From Chiloscyllium plagiosum (lineage: Eukaryota), in contig NC_057718.1 of NCBI RefSeq assembly GCF_004010195.1, positions 79,998,555 to 80,062,554 on the forward strand: a stretch of 64,000 nucleotides of DNA, given 5' to 3'. A model generated the notes under the pieces. It did no database searches, had not been told where the DNA came from, and worked only from the letters and a program-made list of their open reading frames with translations. This document shows, one piece after another, positions 23,986 to 35,790 of this stretch. The first letter of the stretch is position 1. Every line of letters starts with the position of its first letter. The translations under genes were made by a program, and so were the position numbers.

Positions 23986-25162
23986 ATTAATCTCCAGAGT
24001 AAGTCCAATAGACCAGGAAAAGTAGGAATAAAAGCATGCAGGTAGCAAATTCTGAAATACCCCTGTGACCTATACTGCACTTTAAAGATGCTTTAAAAAT
24101 CTAAGTTCCTTTTTAAATCCATAACATTTCACACCTTTTTAGAATTGTAAAACTCAGAAACACCTGACTCACCTTGAGCAACAAACATATTAGCACCGAG
24201 AGCAAATACTGAAAGCCTTGCTTAAAGTTCCAGTTTTTTTTATCACACTCAGGTAAATTGTCATTAGCATTGACATGGTATATTTGTCAAATTCTTCTTC
24301 ATGAGGACAGGACTTTAAGAACCCATCATGCAGTCCTCAGTGGGTGACTGGACAGTGTACCATTCCCATCATTCCCACCATTTCCTACTAAACTTGATTT
24401 TTAATCTGCAAATGTTGGTGTATACTGAATCGACCATCTCATATTGAGACGCAGATATTCAAATATCTTACTAAAGTCAGTAGTTCATATGTTACCATGA
24501 ATACTTTATGTCTCAGTAACAATGATATTTCAGATGATGCTGACAGCGCCATCATATAATGTTGAAAATCAAATAAAGTCCATACATTTTCAATGAATAA
24601 ATCTTTCAAAATAGTACAAAATGGGAGCAATGAGCTCCAACTGCACTCCCTTCCACACCATAAACTGTCCTTGATTCTACAACCACATTATATTAGCTGT
24701 TCAGAGATACATAAATATATCACTTGAGTGCTGTTATGGATGAGGTTTCCTTTTAGATGTTGATCTTCATTTCCTCTTGATTTCCCTCAACATCAAACAG
24801 CAGAAAAGATAGACCATCCAGGTCTTCAGTGACATTGATAAATTGTTCTTGAGCAAAGACATTCCAGATGGGTAACGGCAGTTCTATCAGCTGAACTAGT
24901 GACATGACTGAGACTAGCTACACAATAAATGGTTAGGTGCAGGCAAGCAACCTGTGCTACATTATTAAATGGTGCAGCATGTTGTGAATTGTATCTAACT
25001 TGGAAGTTTACATATCATGCACACCATATTTTGTCCATCTATTCACAGTATTTCTTTAGAGTTCAAGAATTCAAGTTCAGTAGCAGCAACATAGTATTAA
25101 AGTTAAAACTTTTGGAATATTAAAAATTTATACTTAAAGGTTACATTACTACATTAGCTTAC

Positions 25163-25281
25163 CCTGGTTAAAGTCAATGTTCCTTGCTGACACGTGCTAC
25201 ACCGCACCCTTAGTTTCCCAGGCTGCACTGCTTTGCATGTTGTCTTGCAATAGACATAAAATCTGTTGTAAGGTCTTGAAC
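25163..25281 (-). CDS. prkn: Parkin RBR E3 ubiquitin ligase, internal exon orthologous to human exon 4 (RING0 domain)
   Basis: Acceptor ttttttacttttcag and donor AGG|gtaagc; 119 nt, phase 1 to phase 0. Translates [40 protein letters not shown] versus human [40 protein letters not shown]. Confidence 0.97.
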
Positions 25282-25429
25282 CTGAAAAGTAAAAAAAGCC
25301 TGTATTGAAAAGCCAGATTGTTTTAAGTGGTCAACAATCTGGTCTAAAATTAACTTATCTTCCATTACTAAGATGTATATAGATTTTTTGCCAATAGTAG
25401 CATTCGGCACCAAAATGGACAGTACCAAA

Positions 25430-25775
25430 ATGGATCAGTTCAGTGTTTGAATCAGATGGTCATGTTCAAGCACCCCATCAGAGACTTGAGCACAAATAAC
25501 TTGGTTGAAACCATAATGCTATGAGAGTGTTGCTTGAGTTATCCTTTAGATGCAATACATAATTGAGGTCCTGTCTGCCCTCTCAAGTGGAATGCTACTA
25601 CTTTGCAGAAGGGTAGTTCTCCCTCATGATCCTACCAAAATTATCTGGACACCAAACAGCAATACCTGAAAATTTGCTGGCATAAATTTAGCTGTTGCAT
25701 TTCTTACATTGCAACAGTCAAAACAGTTCAAATGTAGTTAATTGCCTGGGAGATCAAGAAAGGTGGTTTGTAGAG
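25430..25775 (+). mobile_element. Deu-domain SINE (SacSINE1/AmnSINE1-related), decayed
   Basis: GAGACTTGAGCACA, GAGGTCCTGTCTGCCCTCTCAAGTGG, AAATTTAGCTGTTGCATTTCTTACATTGCAACAGT. Confidence 0.6.
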
Positions 25776-26020
25776 ATGTAGAAACAAGATGCAGGAGCAT
25801 GCCATTTGGCCCTTTCTGCCTGTTTGCACTATTCAATATGATCATGACTCATCCTCTATCTTGGTGCAATATTCCTGTTTTCTCACTATATCCCTTAATA
25901 TTTTTAATATCCAAACAAACACCTATCTCTTTCTTTAATCTATTCAATGACTTGGCCTCCATAGCTTTATGTGGTAAAGAATCCCAGTTTCATTTCCCTT
26001 TGTGTGAATATAAGTTTGCT
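25776..26020 (-). mobile_element. Old CR1 3' tail
   Basis: GCCATTTGGCCCTTTCTGCCTG..ATTCAATATGATCATGACT..AATGACTTGGCCTCCATAGC in reverse orientation. Confidence 0.65.
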
Positions 26021-26029
26021 TTCTTTCAA

Positions 26030-26446
26030 GTGGTACAGTGGCTCAGTGGTTAGCACTGCTACCTCACAGCACTAGGGATCTGGGTTTGATTCTATCTCGG
26101 GCAGCTGTCTGTGTGGTGTTTGCACATTTTCCCTGTATCTGCATGGGCTTCCTCTGGTGCTCCAGTTTTCTCCCACAGTGCAAAGATGTATAGATTAGGT
26201 GGATTGATCATGCTGAATTGCCTATAGTGTCCAGGGATGTACAGGCTTGATGGATTGGCATTGGGATATGGAGTCGAGAGTGTGGTGCTGGAAAAGCACA
26301 GCAGGTCAGGCAGCATCCGAGGAGCAGGAGAATCAACTTTTTGGGCAAAAACCCTTCATCAGGAATAGGATATGAAGGGCTATGGCGAGTGGATCTGCTT
26401 CGGATGCTCTTCGGAGGGTCGATGTGGATTCAATGTAGGGATTCTT
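26030..26446 (+). mobile_element. HE1 SINE containing a nested mini-PLE
   Basis: GTGGCTCAGTGGTTAGCACTGCTACCTCACAG head and core; tail resumes after 26374. Confidence 0.85.
26271..26367 (-). mobile_element. Mini-PLE family 1 with decayed HHR and 7-bp TSD
   Basis: GGATATG at 26264-26270 and 26368-26374; minus strand CTGATGAAGGGTTTTTGCCCAAAA. Confidence 0.85.
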
Positions 26447-27369
26447 TGAAATAGTGAGGGATATTAAATTGAAATTCTATTCATGAAGGAAGGTAAAGTG
26501 AATACTTCAGGAAAATGAGGGAGTTTTTTGATGGCCAGATAATAATTTCTGTAGCATAGATAAGGAATGCACCTTGAGACCTTGCAGAATCCCAAGTGTA
26601 GTAGACTTCAAGGGAAATGCCTAGGATATTGAAGATCCCACTGGGCAATTCCCCTACACCTGGAGCCCTCTGAGAGAATCAATTTAAATTGAAAAATTCA
26701 GAGACCTCCACTGAAGTTAAGTAAATAGTTACTCAAGAAAGGTTAGAGTAGTGAATATGTAGTCTTGAGTAACTATTAAACTAACCCTCAATTTAACTCC
26801 CACAACATCAACAACACCTACCCCCGACCCATTACAGACACCATACCCTGGTCCCTGACCCAAGATTCCATTTCACCACAAGCCCCTCCCTAAGACTGAT
26901 GTAGACAAACAAAAGACTGGAAGAACATAGCAAGCCAGACAGTATCAGGAAGTGGAGAAGTCAATGTTTTGGGTATAACCGTTCTTCCCCAAGACCTGAC
27001 ACCACTAGATCTGCCTCAATACCTGGGACCTCAATTATGTTATCCTACTGCCAGATCTGACTACCCCTTTCTCCTGCTCTGTTCACAGACCCCATTCCCC
27101 AACTCTGCATCCAAACTGCCCTCCCCAACCCTCCTTCCCAATTGGCTGACCTGACCATCCATTCCACCATTCCAATCCCAATGTACTTATCCCATTCCTG
27201 ACATGACCGCATCCCCAATCCGACCTGCACCCCCTCCACTGTTCCAGACCAATCTCCCCTCACACCCGCAGCCAGACCCAAACCCACTTGGAACTCAACA
27301 CAACAATGCCTTCCTTACACTTTGCCAGACCCAATAGCTCCCACTAAACATAACCTAGTCCAAACCTTA

Positions 27370-27545
27370 CCTTTGCCACCTTGTACACTGGCACCTTACT
27401 TACTTGCTATCCTACCCACCTGACATCCTATCCACTTGGCACCTGATCACTTTAACCCCTACCCGTATGGTATCCAAGCCATCTGGCACCCTACTTACCT
27501 AATACCCATATGGCATTTTAACCTTCTGGTACCCCACCCTCGCAC
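27370..27545 (+). repeat. Degenerate tandem array of about 18 bp (CTGGCACCCTACCCAC-like)
   Basis: Recurring TGGCACC/TGGTATCC/CCTACC motifs within a C-rich stretch. Confidence 0.5.
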
Positions 27546-28439
27546 TAACTTTACAAACTTTCTTTCCGACAGCAGCTATCACAGTGGATGTCTGTGAATC
27601 AGGACCTTACATTTCAGAAAATGGCAGCTGACTGCTGTGAGAAAGAAGACATGGTTTGTCTTCACTGACAGTTCTGTACTATGAGGTAACTGTCAGAATG
27701 GAAACACAGCTCCACACTGATCAGAATATCCTGTAAGAAATGCAAGATTCTTTCACGACTTATAAAGGAATGGATTGGCATTCTGCGTGACATTGCCACT
27801 CCTTGGAACCTTTGCTCCGAAGCAACTAAGTGTTTTGTTTTGCAAGGTGGATGGGTGTCTATATGTACAGGAAAGTAAAGAAGCAAAAATACACAAGCGT
27901 GTCAGAAAGCAAACAAGAATATGCTGGCTTCTGCAATTTCGCTAATGCACATTCATCAGTGCATGGGAAAGGTGGATTCGTGATGAAAATATATGCAAAA
28001 AGACAATTTGCTGTACCTCTAACCTCGGACTCTGTTTTAGTTTGCCAGCTTGTCTGAAAGTCTCTGGTTGAATAAGGCAAGGTGACAACAGTGACCAAGC
28101 TGAGAAATTGGCAGGCTGGAAACCTTTTAAATATCGAAATCTGACTGCTGTTTAGTTGTCCAGGCATTTTTTTCTCAAAGGACTTGTTCAGAGAGTTAGC
28201 TTTCACTGCCTGGGAGGTGAGTTCTAAGATTGTTTTGCTACCTTGGAATTTTTTTAATTTAGATCTGCATTTTCTAAGTTACAGCCTTGTCAGCAGCATG
28301 GAATTGCTTATATAACTCTACCATGGGCTTTTGTGGAGAGGAACAAAGAGACAACAGCAACAGCAATAAGAAGAATAACAGCTACCTTTTCCTCTGGCCC
28401 CCTGATGTGCCACATGGCAGAAGGGTAGCAAACAGATCC

Positions 28440-28960
28440 AGCTCAGAAAATGAAATATCAGAGTATACAAGCAGAAGATGAAGCTTCCTGGCCATAAGTG
28501 AGCATTAGTGCTAGTGGAATTTCAGACTTCAGTGGAAGGTCAATGCTGAAATATACAGCCTCCTGGAACAAGATGGCATTCCAGATGGTTTAAGTGGAAA
28601 AGAGATGTATCCTGAATTTCTTGAACTCTGTCTCTTTCCTGCTGATGACATCTGCAGAATCTCCCAATCTCCTGCACACAAGCACATTTTACATCCATTT
28701 TGCTAACTGCGCAACAGATCAGAATTTAAGGGTCTTCAGGATTGCTGCTCTGGCCTGATTGGAACAGATTCAGGGATTCAGAGATTGCAAATGGGTTACC
28801 TTCGAAACACACGGCAGCTGATAATTGTGAGAAGTCTCACTGTGAGTGATAGGTGTAGAGTGCCAATTAGTTGCAGGTAAGTGGTGACAATTCTGATGGA
28901 GATTTGAGGACATGCCCTGAAAGAGAGGAAATGGGTGAACCTACAATGCATGTGATGATC
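28440..28960 (+). mobile_element. Harbinger (HARBI1-like) transposase remnant
   Basis: RVYKQK.SFLAISEH.C..FRL..VNAEIYSLLEQD, ILNFLNSVSF, DDICRISQSPAHKHI. Confidence 0.65.
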
Positions 28961-29065
28961 TGAGGAATGTGATGCAGGAGAAAGCTGGGGAAGTCAGAGA
29001 GAAGGACTTGACAGTGGAATATGGCATGCATTTTACTACTCTTGCCCTGATGAGGGTAATTTTAT

Positions 29066-29408
29066 CTTTAGATTTAGATTTAGACTAAATTACTTACAGT
29101 GTGTAAACAGGCCCTTCGGCCCAGCAAGTCCATACCGACCCTTCGAAAAAGCAACCCACCCAGACCCATTCCCCCACATTTACCCCTTCACCTAACAATA
29201 CGGGCAATTTAGCATGGCCAATTCACCTAACCTGCACATTTTTGGATTGTGGGAGGAAACTGGAGCACCCGGAGGAAACCCACGCAGACATGGGGAGAGT
29301 TTGCAAATGCCACACAGTTGCAAACGCCACACAGTTGCCTGAGGCGGGAATTGAACCCGGGTCTCTGGCACTGTGAGGCAGTAGTGCTAACCACCGTGCC
29401 ACTATGCC
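29066..29408 (-). mobile_element. HE1 SINE with (TCTAAA)n tail and an internal 17-bp tandem duplication
   Basis: B-box GGTTCAATTCC on the minus strand; TTGCAAAYGCCACACAG occurs twice at about 29300-29335. Confidence 0.92.
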
Positions 29409-31111
29409 GCCCATTATCTGCACTCAGGGTGCTCACATCTTCTGTCACTTTTGATCGTTTCTCATTTCTGCTTGGTCTTAAGGAATCCTGGTTGATAACT
29501 GCTATATTTTTTCTGCGAGTTCTTATATCCCATAACATAATCTCCAGAGACACCTTCCAGAAGCAGGATGGAAGAGGGGTTGGAAGGCTTCCCTAATTAT
29601 GACTCTTTCATCCAAGTTGCTGGCTCCACATTGCAAGTTGTAGAATAGTTTCATTCTGTCCCTGTACTGAAACTTTAACATTTAGGTACAGGTTTTGAGT
29701 ATTTTCACTTGCTCCAGTTGGTCAGAAAAGCTAGAAATGGGATGTTAATGCATTGGGTCAGTTACAACTCCACAAAAAATCCAACTCCACAATCTTTCAA
29801 ATTCCTGACCTGTCGCTTGGAAACTCATTGTGCACAAATCCAAATGTTAAGATTCAGTTTTAAATATCTAACTACCCCTCTCAGTCATTGAAAAGTGGAT
29901 TATAAGGAGAAAGCTAAGTAAGTGGGAGAATTTTCATTGCTTTTAAGAAACACAACTTGAGTTGTAGAAACTGAGGAGGACTGCAGTGCCGAATCTTTTA
30001 GATTTAAAGCAGTGACACTAAAAGCTATTAGCTGTCCCATAGTAATGGTATATTTTTACACTTGAGCACTGTAAAAGCCCCAGTAAATACATTTAATCAA
30101 AAATGATAGTAAAATGGATGGCTAAAGGCATTTTTTATGGCAAATGTGAAGGCCATTAACATTTATTTTGTAGCACTCTGATTGAATTTCTTAAAAGGTA
30201 GCATGGAAGTTTTGAGAATATTGAAGAATTTACAAAAAAAGAGTTAAATCCTTATTTTCTTTGGATCATTTTACTATTGTAAACTTGCACATTTTAAGCA
30301 ATGACCAGCATTAAAGACACCAAGAACGAGCTTTCAGAGACCTGGCCTCAGGATGGCAAATTCAATTTAACCCAGGCTTACCCTCCTCTATTTAACAAGT
30401 AATCAATCTGAATCACGATTATAAACTTTACTAGGTGGAGAAGATATTAGTCTATACTTGAAAGTGGGTGTTTTACCACCCACCCCCTCACCCCCAAATA
30501 ATTTTCTTGTCTTTAGATTTTATTGATATGTTCAGCCAGAGTCAACAATTTCACTGTCTTCCCTATGGAAGTAACAAAACTAGTATGCAGAATTTAGGAC
30601 TTTGCAAGGACCATTGGCTTCTTTCAAAAGCAGTGCATTTCCAACTGCACACTTGTTCAGACCTTGGTTCCAACTCATGAACAGGAAGAGCTTCTATTCA
30701 GTAAACATGCAGCTTTATTGTGTGATAAAATATCATATTCACCTATGCCAGGTATCCTGAGATGTGTTATCTGCAATTTCTCCTTTCTCAGTCAGACCAC
30801 TCAGCAAGAGGCTGGATTTGTGAGGACAAAAGTCAACCTCATGCATGATTGAAGATGATTGCCACAAATACAGTCCCATCTCTTGATGGATGACTGCATC
30901 TTCCCCCCTGTGCGAGTGCAGATCAATAGATGAAGTTGTCTTCAGTGGGACCTCATGGTCTTGCATATGAAGAATAATGAGCAGAGCAGAGAACTAAGCA
31001 GTCTTTCTTTACCTCTGCTCAAACCTCAGGATCTGTGACACATGGAAAAATGTAAAGCTTTGTGGTTGCAAAAGGGTATGCATATGGGTGTAAAGGAAAG
31101 TACACAGTAAA

Positions 31112-31645
31112 TGCTAGCTACCCAACCACTGGAGGAAGAACACCTCACCTTCTGCCTTAGGACCCTCCAACCACACAGAATCAGAGTTGATTTCACCAGG
31201 GTCCTCATCTAACCTCCCCCCAGATCCAATCTCCAACTCAGCACCGCCCTCTTGAACTGACCTACCTGTCCATCTTCCTTCGCACCTATCTAGGGGAAAT
31301 TAGGAAACTGGTGAAATCAACACTGATTCCATGTGACTGGAGGGTTCCAAAGTGGAAGATGAGGCATTCATCCTCCATTCATCGGATGGCTAGGATTTGG
31401 CGGTGGAGGAGGTTCAGGACTTGCATGTCCTTGGCGGAGTGGGAAGGGGAGTTGAAGTGATCAGCCACAGGGCAGTGGGGTTGTTTATTGTGTGTGTCCC
31501 AGAGATGTTCTCTGAAACGTTCCGCAAGTTGGTCCCCGAAACGTCGACTCTCCTGCTCCTCAGATGCTGCCTGACCGGCTGTGCTTTTGCAGCACCACAC
31601 TTTTTGACTCTGATCTCCAGCATCTGCAGTCCTCACTTTCTTCTA
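31112..31645. mobile_element. Rearranged Penelope composite: + 3' piece, - GIY-YIG piece, + tail with half an HHR
   Basis: Minus 31292-31533 reads LAERFREHLWDT..PVADHFNSPSHSAKDMQVL (GIY-YIG C-terminus); plus 31535-31645 starts CCCGAAACGTCGA. Confidence 0.85.
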
Positions 31646-32094
31646 ACAGTTTTGTAATGGTAATCTATTTTCCAGCACACCAGTTATGCAGTTAATCTGA
31701 AATATTCCTTATTGTTTGTAAAACTTCTCGTTGCTACAGAGGTACTCAAAAATCATCATCGAGCTGAAACACTGTTGACAGTTGCTGGATTTTATGAAGT
31801 CTACAGGAGCAGGGATAATTAGTTAGGCAGGATGCAACATTTTGAGTTCCCAATGGCAGGTTGAGACACAGCGATACAGTAATTGCATTGTCAAGAATTA
31901 CCCTGGCTGTGGTGGGTTCTCATTTGTAAAACATTTGCATGATGTGAATACCTTATTTGTGCAAAACATTTTTAAATGGTTCCCACCTTCAGGGTGAAGT
32001 CAACAGTGTACAAGGATCCTTAAAACCACCATTCGTTTTTAATGCAGTTGTGAGTAAGGTATTCAGTTTTCCTTGTTTAACCCTGATAAGGAAT

Positions 32095-32245
32095 AAATCA
32101 ACACTGATTCCATGTGACTGGAGGGTCCCAAGATGGAAGATGAGGCATTCATCCTCCATTTGTCGGGTGGCTAGGATTTGGCGGTGGAGGAGGTTCAGGA
32201 CTTGCATGTCCTTGGCGGAGTGGGAGGGGGAGTTGAAGTGATCAG
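32095..32245 (-). mobile_element. Penelope GIY-YIG fragment, near-copy of 31314-31464
   Basis: Direct comparison of the two segments. Confidence 0.85.
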
Positions 32246-32394
32246 GGCAGTGGGGAGGGGAGCAGGTAAATGGACTCTATTTCAAAGTTCAAACTAGCAA
32301 GGTGGGTAGTAGAGGGCAGAGTCAGAGAATGGAGTAGTGAAGTGGAAAAAGCCTGGTGTCCTGGCTTTCTGAGAGTTTGCGTGAAGGTAATCAC

Positions 32395-32680
32395 CAATAT
32401 TTAGAAGAATGAGATGTGATCTTATTGAAACATATACATAGAATTTCTTCTCTCAAAGTGTTGTGAATTTTAGTAATTCTCATTCCCAGCATGCTGTGGA
32501 AGCTGGATTATTGAATACATTCAAGGTGCACTTAGAGTTTTGGTTGACAAGAGCGTCAAGAGTTTTGGGAAGTAGAAAGGGAAGGGGAGTTAAAGCCCCA
32601 ATCAGATAATAATTATCTTATCAATTGGTGGAACCATCACCAGGTACCAAATGCAACTCCTCCTACTTCACATGTCTTTA
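32395..32680 (+). mobile_element. Old CR1 3' fragment
   Basis: TTTAGAAGAATGAGATGTGATCTTATTGAAACATAT, TTCTTCTCTCAAAG..GCTGTGGAAGCTGG. Confidence 0.65.
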
Positions 32681-33309
32681 TCAAGTTGATCTTTCTGAAT
32701 TTAAATTCCAAGACGTTGAAAAGAGCTGCTCAAAACAAACATCTATTGGTATAATTCCTTGTGTTAGAATCAGTACATCCACAAGCAGATTTATTTTTTT
32801 TTTAATTGGATGCTGGGTTGAGTTTTTTGGATGTGTCCTCTGAATGTAAAGGACTAATATATGTGACCTAAGTTTTAATTGCCTCAGTTTTTACACAAGA
32901 GTTGTGTTCTATTTAAATGTTAATAACACTTTTCACTTAAGTAAGGATTAAATAAAGACTAAAACTATTCGTGAGAGAATATTTAATTTTATCCATACAT
33001 ATTATCAATAGCTAAATCAACAGCATTTTTTGGGTCACTGACAATCATATATCAAATTTGGATAGAAAAAGTTATTTAATATATAATTCAATTTAACACA
33101 TGATTTTAATTTCATATAATTGACACATATATTAAGTATTTTACAGTTAAAATGATAGTGGCCGCAAAATGCTTATTATGGTAGTATAAGACCCATTTTA
33201 TCTTTTGAATAAACATTCAGTGTAATTCAAATTCACATTAGCACCCTTGGTTCTGCAATGAATACACATGTCGTTCTCAGTTTCATTACTTTCCCTCTCA
33301 AGCTCGTCC

Positions 33310-33650
33310 TATGATGAACACATAAATTGAGGCTGGCATCTTGCCCTGAGGAAATATCACATTTTGAGAGATCCTGTCTCTGAAATCAGATGAGACATCA
33401 AGGTCCTGTCTGTCAGGACAAGCAGACATAGAAGATCTTTTGGTACTATTTACGGAACTGAAGAGCTGTCCTAACCTCCTTTAAGAATACTGCCAAAGCT
33501 GACTACCTGGTTATTGATACCATTGTTGTTTATAGGGCTTCACTATTTTTTTCCTTCATTAAAATTATAACTAGACTTTGAAATTAATCAATCAGCTGTA
33601 AATCCTTTGTCAATCTTATCAGAATGTGACAGTTCTGTATATATGCAGGT
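33310..33650 (+). mobile_element. Deu-domain SINE, very decayed
   Basis: CAGATGAGACATCAAGGTCCTGTCTG, AAGATCTTTTGGTACTATTT and TGGTTATT..CATTGTTGTTT blocks shared with the other copies. Confidence 0.5.
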
Positions 33651-34819
33651 TGCTATGATCTCAAACTAATCCACTAACTGTATCTGCCTAGAGACCAGCA
33701 ACTGTTTTTTAAAAATAAACAAGTGTGAGATTCCAGACTTACTAAGAGAATAAAACCAAAAGATTCCATTGTTTTGGTTACTGTACAAAGCTGGAACAGG
33801 ACTGCAATCAAATACATATATTACTTATATTCTAGTATCCAGAATTAACTTGAGATAAAAATGGATGACAAAGTGTGATCAAATACCTCACACAGCACAT
33901 CAAATAATAAATGCAATCAAGACGGCTCCAACATATTTGTCTGTAAATTCCCCAGTCCCAGATATCAATGGCAGGGTGGATCATCACAGCTTATTAAAAC
34001 TTTACAAGGATTCCAATTCTTCACGTTTGATAATCTAACCTCAAAACCTCTTAAGAGCCACACCATCATGGTTTCCTAAATAACTGCTCATGTTCTAATT
34101 GATCACCGTCCTTCTCTGGGACTATGATTCGCTTGGATTCTGTATGCTGTTCTCCTGCACTTATTCCCAGGCACAACTCCCGGCTTTTTACTGACAGCTA
34201 GACTCACCAAGCTTGTACTGCCTGGCTTTTTCCCATAACCTCTAATCTTGCTCACTTGTCACTTAGAATCCCTTCCCTAATGCTAACGGCACATAACTAT
34301 TTAATTTGTCTTGGGACCACTTCCTGAGACCAAACACAGAATCAGTCAAGATTAATTGCTTTACAGCGATCCAGCTAAGCAACAGCACAGCTTAACAGCA
34401 ACCTGCTCTGTCTGCCTTTCTCTTAAATACTTTCTTCTGTGTCTGACTCCAATTGACATGTTAACTTTCAAACTGTTCTGAGGGACCTATTGAAAACCTG
34501 ACAGCAGGGTCTGTCCTTATTATTTGGCAGAACCGACTGTAGCAACTATTGGAACTTGAGTGTAACTAATATTAGAATGCAAAGGTCCTGTATGTTACAA
34601 TTTTCACTGTTTGCTGGCTGCATAGTGCAAAATTTCTGCATAGATACAGAAAAGTTGTTTATATCAAAAAGGTCATTATTGGGTGAAGTATACCTAGAAA
34701 CACAGAATGGGGTGCGGCACAGATGGAAGCCATCAGCCCATTCATACCTGAACTGGTTCTCCAAAGGAGCAGTGCAACTTGTGCCAATCCCCACTGTGAT
34801 GATGCTGCTCCTTTCATAA

Positions 34820-35420
34820 GGTTATGTTGTCCTGGGTTTTCTTTTCAGAGAAGTGGTAAAAGACACAGACTCTGAAAAGTCTGGGTTTAGTTGGGTTTTA
34901 GGGACAATCTGATTATAGGTGACAGATACTGTCTCAGGCAAAATATTTTTAAGTTTAAGAAAAACACTTGCCCAATAAAAGGGAAGCGGCTAGTTCTCCC
35001 AGCTCAGCTTTTCACTGGTTTGATTTTTCTTTGGCACTCTGGCTATTCAGTGAAAGCAGTTAAGCAGTTTTTGAAGCTGCTGGACCCAAGAAGCAGGTCC
35101 AGGCTGATCTTCCTCTCTCTCTGACCTCTCTCCTGTAAGAGACTGGGTTTTATTTTAACTTTTGTGAAGAGGGCTGTTAATGGGGATTGTTGCAAGTACT
35201 GGGAACAGCAAAATTAAGTTGGTATAGTCTGTTGGGTTTTCGGATTGGTAAAGTTGTTCAGTATTCTGTCCTCTTTTGGTAATCTTGTAAATAAATTCTG
35301 TTTTATTTAAAACTAAATGATTTGACCAAACACATCTCACCTGTTTAAAATAACTAGCAATGTTAGGGTCTGGGCTACTTTCTTGAATTGTTTTGAGGGG
35401 GTCTGGTCTGGTCCATGACA
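34820..35420 (+). mobile_element. Probable solo LTR
   Basis: Starts (G)GTTATG and ends CATGACA (degenerate TG..CA inverted termini); AATAAA near 35290. No TSD confirmed. Confidence 0.45.
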
Positions 35421-35429
35421 CCACCTTCT

Positions 35430-35790
35430 CTCTGTAGCCCTACATATTCTTCTATTTCAAAAAGTAATCCAATTCACTCTTAGATGCCTCAATAGAAGCT
35501 GCTTTCCCCACAGCCTAAACAGTGCACTCCAGATTCCTGCCACTCACTGCATATAAAAATTTCTCATAGTGCAATTACCTCAAATCCATGCCCTCTTGTT
35601 CTCAATGCTTCCACCAATGGAAATGGTTTTTCAAATCTAATCTGTTCTGACCGTTCAAGGCTTTGAATATCTCTACCAAATCTTCTCTCAACCTACTTTT
35701 CTCCAAGAAAAAAATAATCCCAACTTTTCCAAATTATCTTTGTAACTGAAGTTTCTCATCCCCAGGACTATTTTCATAAATCTTTTCTGT
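35430..35790 (-). mobile_element. Old CR1 3' fragment
   Basis: Same family as 6057-6515 (CCATGCCCTCTTGTTCTC..CCACCAATGG..TCTCTACCAAATC). Confidence 0.6.

Noticed and set aside
24173..24208. 36-nt minus-strand segment with a strong gtgagt donor
   Set aside because: Weak pyrimidine tract and no parkin similarity.
25210..25428. 72-aa ORF overlapping the prkn exon
   Set aside because: Wrong frame; the real frame is set by the splice sites.
29047..29075. Isolated CTGATGA motifs (also near 3552, 21835 and 47196)
   Set aside because: No stem II followed by GAAA and NUH.
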